From a virus, in the IMG/VR virus record IMGVR_UViG_3300033148_002122, positions 1-64,000 of that record: a DNA stretch of 64,000 nucleotides, one strand, 5' to 3'. Below, one piece after another: positions 37,537-46,422 of the stretch. How positions within the stretch are numbered: position 1 is the first letter of the stretch; each line of letters opens with the position of its first letter. The notes under the pieces were generated by a model. That model did not search any database, had not been told where the DNA came from, and was given only the letters and a program-made list of their open reading frames with translations. A program made the position numbers and the translations under genes.

Positions 37537-39246
37537 ATGGGTAATTCCAAAAGCTACAAAACAAAATTTGTTGATGAGACTGTAGCAGAACTTCTAAAGT
37601 TTAGTGCTAGCAGTGATCCTGAATCTTTACGTCCAGAAGCTGTTAATATCTTTAATCAAGCTCATACTTTTTCTAATAAAAGAGGGTATTCTATAAAAGA
37701 TACTATTTTTGCGTCAAGTATACCTAATGCAGTAAAAATGCATCTTATTAAAAAGGGACTACAAAAGAGTCAGGAAATGCCATCTCTTGAAAGTATCTAC
37801 GGATTAAATAATATGACGAAGATAATGAGTAGTGTTAGCATAGCTGCAATAGAGATGAAGGATTTAGACTTATCTAACGATGAGATTCCTGAAGATCTAA
37901 AACAGTCTAATGCTTTTATGCACATGTTTAACAAACGTGATGACTTAATTTTACTAGATTTAATTCTTGTTGTTGAGGGAGTTAATTCTAATATGGACGA
38001 GTTTTCTGCTGCGGAATTGGCGGCTAACCATAGTACAATAGTTGGTATGCCACTAACACATGAACACATGCATGATGAAATACATGGAGTGTTTTATGAT
38101 TCTGAGTTAATTGATCTAGAAGTAATTGATCCAATCTCAGAACAGAAAAGTATTAAGAAAGCAGTACGAACTAAAGCAATTTTTTATAAACATCGTTTTC
38201 CAGATGAGGCCGATGTTATAATTGGTAGAGCTACACTTGGCACTCTTAGGTTCAGCATGGAGTGTTATTTTGAAAAAGCCAAATGTTCAGTGTGTGGCGA
38301 AGAGGCAACAAGTATTTGGGATTATTGTGACCACATGTGGGAACGCTTTGATCCAGATTCTAATGCTTCAAGAATTTTAATTGGCATTAAGTTTGTTGGA
38401 GGTTCTTACGTAAGAAATCCAGCAGAGAAAAATGCTGTTCTATTAGACTTTGAGGACTATAGTGATGAAAGTTTATTAGCAGCCGCTTCTGAAAATAATG
38501 TAAAGATCATGCACTATTCTAAAGATGGACAGCATATCACTTGGGCAGATGATTATATTAATGACAATGAATCTTCTGGTTTTGATAACAGAGAAGGAGA
38601 TGAATTTATGGACCGTGATACTTTGCTAAAGAATCCAGAAGTCAAAGCTATGATTGAAGATCTTGCTAAAGCTAAAGCAGAAGAAATGCTAGCTGACATG
38701 GAGCAGAGTTCAGAGAAGGAGTCCCTACAGCGTGAGGTTGATGAGCTTAGTGAGGCGAACGAAGGTTTAGCTTCAAAAGTCTTAGAGCTTGAAACCAAAA
38801 TTTCTGAAAGGGATGCTCTTGATCGTGCTAATGCTTATGTCAATGATCTAGAAAAATCTGGTGTTGACTTGGGTTCTGATAGTGATCGTGAGAAGCTATT
38901 AGCTCTCTTCCTTAAATCCTCAGATGAGGATGCTAAAACATTGGCAGAATTCTTAAACAAGAATAGTAAAGCTGATGAAGAAGAGAGTTCTGAAGAGGAC
39001 GAATCTGTTGAAGATGAGTCTGGAGCTTCTGATGAAACAGACGAAACAGATGAGTCTGAAGACGAAGAAAATGATGCTTCCGATGATGAGGATGAAGCTG
39101 CTGAAGCTAGTGGGGAACTTCCTGTTAAGGGAGGCCCAGCTTCAAGAGAAAAGGCTATTGCCACAGCTAATCGTAATCTAAGAGGTGTAGCAATAACTGG
39201 TCTTTCAGCACTAACCGACCTTTTTGAGACAAATAAAGAGGATTAA
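37537..39246 (+). CDS. prohead protease / scaffold fusion
   Basis: N-N-D-F, GMPLTHEH, FSMECY, CSVCG...CDH, F-G-SYV-NPA; acidic coiled-coil C-terminal half with a possible internal start (GAAGGAG...ATG GAC). Confidence 0.8.
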   Translation: MGNSKSYKTKFVDETVAELLKFSASSDPESLRPEAVNIFNQAHTFSNKRGYSIKDTIFASSIPNAVKMHLIKKGLQKSQEMPSLESIYGLNNMTKIMSSVSIAAIEMKDLDLSNDEIPEDLKQSNAFMHMFNKRDDLILLDLILVVEGVNSNMDEFSAAELAANHSTIVGMPLTHEHMHDEIHGVFYDSELIDLEVIDPISEQKSIKKAVRTKAIFYKHRFPDEADVIIGRATLGTLRFSMECYFEKAKCSVCGEEATSIWDYCDHMWERFDPDSNASRILIGIKFVGGSYVRNPAEKNAVLLDFEDYSDESLLAAASENNVKIMHYSKDGQHITWADDYINDNESSGFDNREGDEFMDRDTLLKNPEVKAMIEDLAKAKAEEMLADMEQSSEKESLQREVDELSEANEGLASKVLELETKISERDALDRANAYVNDLEKSGVDLGSDSDREKLLALFLKSSDEDAKTLAEFLNKNSKADEEESSEEDESVEDESGASDETDETDESEDEENDASDDEDEAAEASGELPVKGGPASREKAIATANRNLRGVAITGLSALTDLFETNKED

Positions 39247-39265
39247 TAAAAGGAGATTATAAAGT

Positions 39266-39832
39266 ATGAAAATTAGTTTTCTAAATGTTCCTGAGTGGGC
39301 ACATCTTGGAGAATATCGTTGCAATGGTGTGGTATGGCAGGGTCAGGTTGGTTTATTTGCTGACTCTACCACATTAGAGCTAGGATCTACTGATGCTACT
39401 TGGCATCTGTATGAAATGCGTAAGTTTGTAAAGGCTATTGATAGTACTGCTTACTTGGTTGCTGACTCTACTGGTGTTGTTGAATTCTTCATCATGTATA
39501 AGTGGCCGAATGAAGATGAGTATGAGTCTGCCGAACACGCTTATGGTCAAAAGATTCTAACGAGTACTCCAATTGTATGTGTTCCGTTGACTCCTGGCTT
39601 CCGTATTGAAGACTACGATACCCAGGATAACACATCTGGTCTTGACTCTGGTGTAACTTGGTCAACCGTAGCCAGGAGTGCCCCACTATATCTTAATGGT
39701 GATGGCCGCTGGACTACTGTATATGTTGAGTATTATACATCATTTGCAAGAGCCGTGTTTGAGCAGTATAAGAATGGTTATGTAACTTACCGTATTATTG
39801 AGCCTAGTAATATTTTAAGGGCAACAGTATAA
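39266..39832 (+). CDS. putative capsid decoration protein
   Basis: Position between scaffold and major capsid gene; strong RBS; 3 DST. Confidence 0.6.
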   Translation: MKISFLNVPEWAHLGEYRCNGVVWQGQVGLFADSTTLELGSTDATWHLYEMRKFVKAIDSTAYLVADSTGVVEFFIMYKWPNEDEYESAEHAYGQKILTSTPIVCVPLTPGFRIEDYDTQDNTSGLDSGVTWSTVARSAPLYLNGDGRWTTVYVEYYTSFARAVFEQYKNGYVTYRIIEPSNILRATV

Positions 39833-39850
39833 GGTTAGGAGGATAGATTA

Positions 39851-40852
39851 ATGTCCACGTTGATACGTAATGGTAGTGGGGTATCTAAGCACAAGGATGA
39901 CGAACGACTACAGAAGTGGTTGGTCAGTCTTGCTGATAACTGGAAAGACCCCTCAATTAATGGTGAATTCCATGCACTTGCAAAGGAAATCACTCGACAG
40001 GTAATGGAAGAGTTTAGTTTTGTAGACCTGACTCCCCATATTCTTGAGTCATCTAACCTTGATCGTGATGTCCACAAGATTGTATTCAAAGAACTGGGTG
40101 GGTATACTGCAACTACAGTATCATCCGGTGGTCGTAGACAGCAGTTTAGGCTAGACAAGAGCCGTTCTGTAATCTGGATTCCAGATGAGTACGAGAATGC
40201 TACTGTGGAAGTTCTTGAAGATGATTTGCGCGAAGGTAACTATGGTACTATTGCTGATATTCGTGAGGGAATCCGTGATGCACTAGCTCATAAAAAGCTA
40301 GCCCGTGTTATGGAAGAACTGCACCGTATTTGTAACTATAGTGAAGACCAAGCTAACTGGGATGGCACTGATAGTGCCGCCGCTGGTAATAGTAACTTTA
40401 TTTACCAACCAGGAAGCACTATTCATCCTCACGCACTAAACTATGCGCTAAGAAAAGTTATCGGACGTACTGGTAGGGTTGTGTCTATTGTTGGGCACCC
40501 AGACTATGTACTTCAGATTGCTGACTTTGCTGGCTTCTTGGCTAATGAGGCAACTCCTGGTCAGAAAGAGCAGTTGCAGCAACGTGGTTGGATCGGTAAG
40601 TACCGTGGAGCCAATGTTATTGCAGTGAGTGAGTATGAGGACAAGAAGTATGGTAATCAAGTTTGGGATCCATACAACATCTACATCGTAGGTGCGGGTA
40701 TGGCCGAAATTGCTAATATTTATGGCGTAGAGGCTGTAACTGATTTTGAGGCAATGCGTTCCGTTCGTCTAATTGGTGGCGATCAGAAGTACGTTGTACT
40801 ATCTCAGGATCCTCAGTTGAAGCGTGGTTTCCGTATTCAAATGGATGCGTAA
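39851..40852 (+). CDS. major capsid protein (HK97 fold)
   Basis: Size and position, AGGAGG RBS, GWIGKYRGANVI, CGT-rich high-expression codon usage, downstream hairpin. Confidence 0.85.
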   Translation: MSTLIRNGSGVSKHKDDERLQKWLVSLADNWKDPSINGEFHALAKEITRQVMEEFSFVDLTPHILESSNLDRDVHKIVFKELGGYTATTVSSGGRRQQFRLDKSRSVIWIPDEYENATVEVLEDDLREGNYGTIADIREGIRDALAHKKLARVMEELHRICNYSEDQANWDGTDSAAAGNSNFIYQPGSTIHPHALNYALRKVIGRTGRVVSIVGHPDYVLQIADFAGFLANEATPGQKEQLQQRGWIGKYRGANVIAVSEYEDKKYGNQVWDPYNIYIVGAGMAEIANIYGVEAVTDFEAMRSVRLIGGDQKYVVLSQDPQLKRGFRIQMDA

Positions 40853-40874
40853 GCTATTTTAGTATAGGTTGATT

Positions 40875-40899
40875 GGGGGTAGGCACAGGGTCTGCCCCC
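40875..40899 (+). terminator. GC-rich hairpin after the capsid gene
   Basis: GGGGGTAGGC-ACAGG-GTCTGCCCCC; no U-tract. Confidence 0.55.
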
Positions 40900-40927
40900 G
40901 GCGACTTCCAAAATTGGAGGTAAAGGG

Positions 40928-41362
40928 ATGAAAAAACTTCAGTTAAAAAGTCCTGACGCTATTGTTCGTGTTAAGAACAATATGACGGGAGAAAACACTT
41001 GTTTTAGTTATGTAAACCCAGAAGGAAAACAGTATCAGATCGAAGGTGGAAGAACCGGAGAGATGAGTTGGAAAGACTGGGTAAATCTTCAGCAGTATGA
41101 ACAGGCTAGAAAGTATCTATCGTTAGATCCCTCTACGTTTATGTCTGAAGATGGTGAGCTACTTCTTTACGGAGAAGACGCTAGTGAGATGCTTCCTCTT
41201 GAAAGCATTCATCAGATTCTAGCACTTCCAGAACAGAGTACTCTTGAATACCTTGGTGAGATGAGTGTTGGTAATTTAAAGCGAGTTAGAGAAATTGCTC
41301 AAGAGTATAATCATAATGAATATGTAGAGTTTATTAATAATAGATTATCTGAGATGGAGTAA
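40928..41362 (+). CDS. hypothetical head-module protein
   Basis: GGAGG RBS; position. Confidence 0.6.
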   Translation: MKKLQLKSPDAIVRVKNNMTGENTCFSYVNPEGKQYQIEGGRTGEMSWKDWVNLQQYEQARKYLSLDPSTFMSEDGELLLYGEDASEMLPLESIHQILALPEQSTLEYLGEMSVGNLKRVREIAQEYNHNEYVEFINNRLSEME

Positions 41363-41365
41363 ACA

Positions 41366-41848
41366 ATGGCTACTCAGCTAGACACACTAATTGACAGAAT
41401 AAGGATTATGATCGGTGACGCTAGTGATGATGTTAACGAACATCGTCATAGTGATATCTATTTAAAAAAGGTATTACGAGTAGCCATCGAACAAGATCAG
41501 GGGTTAGAGTCTGCTGGTTTGAGTGCTACAGTTTCTTCTCAAGGTAATTCATATAGTGAGTATGCCTTAAGCGGCTTAACGGATGCTGCACTATCTCTAT
41601 ATTCACTGGCGGCTACGCTGCTAGTTTTTGACTCAGAGCTAAGACAGTATATTGCTGATGGTGGTGGTATTGCAACTGCTATCGGACCAAACTCAGTTGA
41701 TGAAAAAACAGTTTTAAAATCAATGGCAGATTTACTAAAAGACACTAAAAAAGATTATGCCAGGGTACTAAACGAATACAAACTCGGAGCTAGTAATCTC
41801 CTTGTACCCTATAGAATTGACCTATACGCTAGTGGAAGAGTAGCCTAA
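41366..41848 (+). CDS. head-tail adaptor
   Basis: LIDRIRIMIGD...SD--L N-terminus typical of adaptors; position. Confidence 0.65.
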   Translation: MATQLDTLIDRIRIMIGDASDDVNEHRHSDIYLKKVLRVAIEQDQGLESAGLSATVSSQGNSYSEYALSGLTDAALSLYSLAATLLVFDSELRQYIADGGGIATAIGPNSVDEKTVLKSMADLLKDTKKDYARVLNEYKLGASNLLVPYRIDLYASGRVA

Positions 41849-42342
41849 TGGCTAGTGCTTCTGATAAACTAAGTTATAGAGTCAACAAGGCTTTCGAAAG
41901 ACACTTCTACAGAAGTGCTAGAGAAGTATTAATTTTTGGTGATCCAAACAAAGTTGATTGTCCCGATTGTATTTTTGCTGGTCCTCTGGGTGGTTCTGTT
42001 AGTGAATGTCAAACATGTAATGGAGAGGGCTATATTATTAGTGACTCATCTGTATGCATGTTAGGTATTGTTGCTTCTGCTGAACCCAGAAATAGTATTA
42101 ACAAGGGTGTTATAGAGCGTGATGCTGCTGGCACCTTTCACCACGAAGCGTACTATGTTGTTTTTAGACTCAAAGATGCAATAACTGATCCGATTGCTAA
42201 TCCTAATCGGACAATTTTTGAGTTGACCGGAGAACCAAAACTTGGTTGGAGTGGTCATAGGTATGACATAAAGTCATACGCCAGGGATGGTTTAGGCAGC
42301 GAGGATAACTATGTGAAAGTTTTGGTTTATAGGTCTGAATAA
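41848..42342 (+). CDS. head closure/stopper protein with Zn ribbon
   Basis: CPDC...CQTCNGEG; beta-rich; position. Confidence 0.6.
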   Translation: MASASDKLSYRVNKAFERHFYRSAREVLIFGDPNKVDCPDCIFAGPLGGSVSECQTCNGEGYIISDSSVCMLGIVASAEPRNSINKGVIERDAAGTFHHEAYYVVFRLKDAITDPIANPNRTIFELTGEPKLGWSGHRYDIKSYARDGLGSEDNYVKVLVYRSE

Positions 42343-42351
42343 GGAGGAAAG

Positions 42352-42618
42352 ATGGTAGAGGTAAATAAAGAAGGAAAGGCTGTTATGCGAAGGGAGCCTA
42401 ACACTGAACGTGGAGCAGTTCATTTTATTTTTCATGGAGATGCTAGAGATAGTATTACTAAAGAAAGCAAAAGAGTAATTAGAGCTATTTTGACTGTACT
42501 TGAGGAACATACAAACTTTGAAACACTAGATGAGTTCCCAAAGAAACTTGTTAGATCAACTATTTTAGATAGCGTGAATAACTTGAAAAGGATCTCGATG
42601 ATGTATTTTAAGGAGTAA
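42352..42618 (+). CDS. hypothetical protein
   Basis: AAGGAGG RBS. Confidence 0.65.
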   Translation: MVEVNKEGKAVMRREPNTERGAVHFIFHGDARDSITKESKRVIRAILTVLEEHTNFETLDEFPKKLVRSTILDSVNNLKRISMMYFKE

Positions 42619-42620
42619 TA

Positions 42621-43313
42621 ATGGTATCCTTTACTGTTGATGCCTCTGCTGTTATTAAAAACCTGAAAGCACAAGTTGCTGACTATAATTCTCGCACTGG
42701 TATTCTTAGTGTATATATTGTTATCGGGATGAATAAAGTCTATGACAGAGTTACTGAAGGTTTCAAAAAAGGCTTTAACGGACGAATGTTTCTTAATGCA
42801 AATGCTAATTACTTACCGACCCCTGCCCCTAGTCATGTGATAAGAAATGAAATAGATGCCAGTCTAAACTACGAAAAAGGAATGATGTATAGCCTTGGTG
42901 TAGTTGGAGGTGTTTATAGCTTTGGACTAGGTAATATACCAGACTTAGATGCTGCGACAGACGAGAGTATAATGTCTAGTATTAAGGCAGTAATGGGTGA
43001 AACACCGGAAGCTAGGCGATCATACGGACCAAGAGAGACAATTTCTCTATGGCGTGTAATAGAATTTGGTGCAGCACCAAGAGTATTCGGCCCAGTAAAT
43101 AAACCATTTTTAGTTTTTTATGATAAGATGTCAGGCTCTGCTGCTACTGCTAAGTCAGTGAGTCATCCAGGTCAATCTGGAAAGCACATATTTTTAACTA
43201 AGGGCCATAAGATTCGCCAGCAGGATATTGGAGCTATAATTAGTGCTATAAAAGAAGGAATTCATCAATCAAACTTAGCGTTTCATGGTAGAGCAATCAG
43301 GAGGATACATTAA
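42621..43313 (+). CDS. neck/tail completion protein (HK97 gp10-like)
   Basis: IEFG...KSVSHPG motif; position. Confidence 0.65.
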   Translation: MVSFTVDASAVIKNLKAQVADYNSRTGILSVYIVIGMNKVYDRVTEGFKKGFNGRMFLNANANYLPTPAPSHVIRNEIDASLNYEKGMMYSLGVVGGVYSFGLGNIPDLDAATDESIMSSIKAVMGETPEARRSYGPRETISLWRVIEFGAAPRVFGPVNKPFLVFYDKMSGSAATAKSVSHPGQSGKHIFLTKGHKIRQQDIGAIISAIKEGIHQSNLAFHGRAIRRIH

Positions 43314-43891
43314 TGTATGATGGAAGTTCAGCATATCTGGGCACTATCAATCTAGCACTTGCTTCTGTTTACTACCATTTATTAGAAAAATTAGTTGAGG
43401 CTGGATTTCAGATAATTTACAGAAACGATACTGGCGTATTAGCAGATGTTAGTAACGTAAAACTAGCCTGGACAAACAACGAGGATGTTATAGTTCTTAA
43501 ATCCGACTACAAAGATACTTCATTTGAAGTTCCGTTACCTATAATTACTGTTGCTGATAACGGAGGTAATGTTTCTGCCTTTGAACTAGGTAATCAACAC
43601 GGTGCAAAAGCCCGTTCATACGTTATTATGATTATGGCAGAATCAGCTACACAGAGAAATCGTTATACAGATTTTATTGAAAATGTTTTCTCTGAAAGAG
43701 AATTAATTATAAAGGACTACAATTCAGGTGTTCCTACTAATCTTGAAGATAACAGTAGCATACCTATTTTTGGTTATGGAACTACAAATGCAGCTTTCGT
43801 TAGCAACCACGATGATCCGTTCGATGAAAATATCATGGACAGACATGTAGGTGTTATTTCGTTTACGCTTGAGATACTTCAAGCAGTCTAA
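43313..43891 (+). CDS. tail terminator protein
   Basis: LPIITV...FELG; directly before the tail tube gene. Confidence 0.6.
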   Translation: MYDGSSAYLGTINLALASVYYHLLEKLVEAGFQIIYRNDTGVLADVSNVKLAWTNNEDVIVLKSDYKDTSFEVPLPIITVADNGGNVSAFELGNQHGAKARSYVIMIMAESATQRNRYTDFIENVFSERELIIKDYNSGVPTNLEDNSSIPIFGYGTTNAAFVSNHDDPFDENIMDRHVGVISFTLEILQAV

Positions 43892-43925
43892 TAATAATTA
43901 GGTTTTAGAAAAAGGAGGGACTGCT

Positions 43926-45320
43926 TTGCCACTTACGAAACCTAAACAGATTCAGCATACTCAGTCTGCTTTGGTTATAGATGATTTTATTACTCCGAGA
44001 GTAACTAGTCTTGGTTACTCTGCGGATTTGAATTCAGAAGAAATTGAAGAACTGGGTAATGCGAATATTGTTGAAATTCTTGATGATACTCCAACCATCT
44101 CAATCACTGTAGATGTGAATGATCATGGTTCTCTGGAGACTATCGCTACCTTGTCAAATTTAATTAGAAAACCCTATGGCAATACTGACTATCAGGCAGA
44201 TAGTACATACTGGGAAATTGATGCTACCGATTTTGAGGAGTCTGCTATTGACCTTCTTAATCCTGTAAAAACAACTTCTTCCCAGCAGTATTCTGTATGG
44301 TTGAACAACTGTCAGATTCAAAGTTTAAGTTCTACGTACTCTGTTGATGGGTTTGCTACGGAATCTATTTCCCTAGAAAACTCTGCTCAGTATGTATTTA
44401 TTAATGGATGGAAATACGCAAGAGTTCTTGTTCCGTCATTCATTTATAAAACTGGATCGCATTATGATACAACTACGGCATTTACTACTCATGTTCTGGC
44501 TGCTGATAATGCTCCTGACGCAACATTCCACTTTAACGATCTTGGTGAAACATTCGTTGGTCAGGCAGATTCTACTGCACTGTACTTAACCAAGAACGGT
44601 GTTATTCAGTCTTCTGTGTGGTCATGGGATACAACTGTGCTTGTTTCTCACGATCCAAGCCAGTTAACCTGGGATCCAGAGAGTGATCGACTACGAGTTG
44701 TTGTTATGTCTGAGAGTATTCAAACATTCGCTGGACCTACTGCTACTGGTCGTGCAGGACTACGTAAGGGTAATTCACGAATGTATTTCTGGGACGCTGG
44801 GGATGACGCACCTGGAAGTGCGTTCTTCACAGGACGAGAACCATCAGTTGGAGACAGCAATTATTCTAAGAGAATACAGTCTATTTCTATTGATGTTACC
44901 TGGAATAGAGATGAGCTTGAGCAACTAGGTGAGCATGAACCGTATGATCGTGGTGTTGAATCTACTGAGATTACAGCTACAGTCAGCGCAATTGGAACAG
45001 ATGTTGAGCTATTCGCAATTGCATCTGGATATACCAAAGACGGTACAGGCTGGGTTGATGATGATAATAATGAAATGAAACTAACTGATTTCCAGAATGC
45101 TACGAACCTTGCTGTTCGTATTGATATCTTCAATACAACTGACATTACTCTACACACTGACGCCAACAGAGCGAAGTATATTCTTCTAACTGGTGGTAAG
45201 GTAACTTCGTATGGTAACTCTGTTGATGTACCTGGAAGACAGACTACAGACTTGACTATTACTTTTAACGCAATTAGATGGTACGGAGACAAGATTATCG
45301 CTAATCGTTCTGCTGTCTAA
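43926..45320 (+). CDS. major tail tube protein with accessory insertion
   Basis: TTG start with AAAGGAGG; two similar segments (RVTSL...EELGN and RIQSI...EQLGE); downstream terminator; 2 DST and 2 DTT. Confidence 0.7.
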   Translation: MPLTKPKQIQHTQSALVIDDFITPRVTSLGYSADLNSEEIEELGNANIVEILDDTPTISITVDVNDHGSLETIATLSNLIRKPYGNTDYQADSTYWEIDATDFEESAIDLLNPVKTTSSQQYSVWLNNCQIQSLSSTYSVDGFATESISLENSAQYVFINGWKYARVLVPSFIYKTGSHYDTTTAFTTHVLAADNAPDATFHFNDLGETFVGQADSTALYLTKNGVIQSSVWSWDTTVLVSHDPSQLTWDPESDRLRVVVMSESIQTFAGPTATGRAGLRKGNSRMYFWDAGDDAPGSAFFTGREPSVGDSNYSKRIQSISIDVTWNRDELEQLGEHEPYDRGVESTEITATVSAIGTDVELFAIASGYTKDGTGWVDDDNNEMKLTDFQNATNLAVRIDIFNTTDITLHTDANRAKYILLTGGKVTSYGNSVDVPGRQTTDLTITFNAIRWYGDKIIANRSAV

Positions 45321-45359
45321 TTATTCCTAAAAGTAGGAATATACAAGGAATAATACTTT

Positions 45360-45412
45360 TGGGGGGATCCTTCGTTTTTGATTGTCAAGAACGTATGGAC
45401 CCCCCATTTTTT
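45360..45412 (+). terminator. intrinsic terminator
   Basis: TGGGGGGATCC...GGACCCCCCA followed by TTTTTT. Confidence 0.7.
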
Positions 45413-45434
45413 ATATTGGAAATGGAGGCTGGGA

Positions 45435-46142
45435 ATGAGTGAAGAAAAGAATAAGGAGCAACTTCTACAGGAAGAAAGAGAAGACCAGGAAACTCTAGTT
45501 AATCTTGCTGCTACCTATCATGAACTAGACGTTGAGTCTGGTATAAAAGGAAGGACTAGTACTAAGGTAAAAATATATCGTCCGACTATGGCACACAGAG
45601 CAGAAGCAGATAGATTTGCTAAGGCTCAGTTTATTAAGTGTATACAGGACGGAATACCTACTAGACATCAGGCAATGAAGGTTTCTAGAGAGGCTGGATT
45701 ATGGAATTCTGATATGGAAGAACGTATGACAACAATATCTACTGATATAGAGTCCTATGTTGCTGACCAGAATGATACAGAAAACAAGGCAAAGAAAGAA
45801 CGTCTTAGAACAAAGATAAGAAAACTTAAGGCTGAACAGCTTGAACTAGCTAGTGTATTTACTGAAATTACTAGGAATACAATTGAGCAGGTTCAGGACG
45901 ATGCACAGCAGAGTATTCTTATCATAAGGAACGTGTTTACTTTTGGAAAGAAGAACGAAGAAGTTCTTCTGTATGACACAATGGACAAGCTTAATAGCGA
46001 AACAGATATTAAATTCATTGAACGTCTTACCAATGCGTGTTCAGCATTTTGGTTAGGAGACTCAGTGTCGGATTTTTTCGCGTTAGGCGAGTTGCTAGAA
46101 GACCAGACATCAGAGCAAGATACAGAATCGCCAAAAAGTTAG
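45435..46142 (+). CDS. tail assembly chaperone (gpG-like)
   Basis: Between tail tube and tape measure; ATG at 45435 after GGAGG (the track start 45378 lies inside the terminator). Confidence 0.75.
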   Translation: MSEEKNKEQLLQEEREDQETLVNLAATYHELDVESGIKGRTSTKVKIYRPTMAHRAEADRFAKAQFIKCIQDGIPTRHQAMKVSREAGLWNSDMEERMTTISTDIESYVADQNDTENKAKKERLRTKIRKLKAEQLELASVFTEITRNTIEQVQDDAQQSILIIRNVFTFGKKNEEVLLYDTMDKLNSETDIKFIERLTNACSAFWLGDSVSDFFALGELLEDQTSEQDTESPKS

Positions 46143-46420
46143 GAATTCCATTTTTTCCAGGTGTTGAGTCTGCTCTGGATCTAACACCACTACAAGTTAG
46201 TTTGCTAGAGTTTGTATCTGTGTATGAGTCTATTGATGAGATGGATCCAAGAGATCGTCCTGCAAGAGATACGATTGAGGACGATGATAAGTTTGATAAC
46301 TGGGCTAAGGATTTTGCCAAGCGAAAAGAAATTGAGATTAGGTATGGTACTCAAAGTAGTGCAGCCGATCACAGTAATGTAACTGTCTATGATGGTTTTG
46401 AAGATGATACTGAGGAGTAA
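46073..46420 (+). CDS. tail assembly chaperone extension (gpT-like) reached by -1 frameshift
   Basis: Open -1 frame without its own ATG/RBS; slippery T TTT TTC at 46073-46079 in the phase of the upstream gene. Confidence 0.7.
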   Translation, partial: FFRVRRVARRPDIRARYRIAKKLGIPFFPGVESALDLTPLQVSLLEFVSVYESIDEMDPRDRPARDTIEDDDKFDNWAKDFAKRKEIEIRYGTQSSAADHSNVTVYDGFEDDTEE

Positions 46421-46422
46421 TT

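Noticed and set aside
43926-45320. Contractile tail sheath
   Set aside because: No sheath-like PG-Y N-terminus is present and no separate small tube gene follows; the chaperone pair and tape measure come next. A structural search should confirm this.
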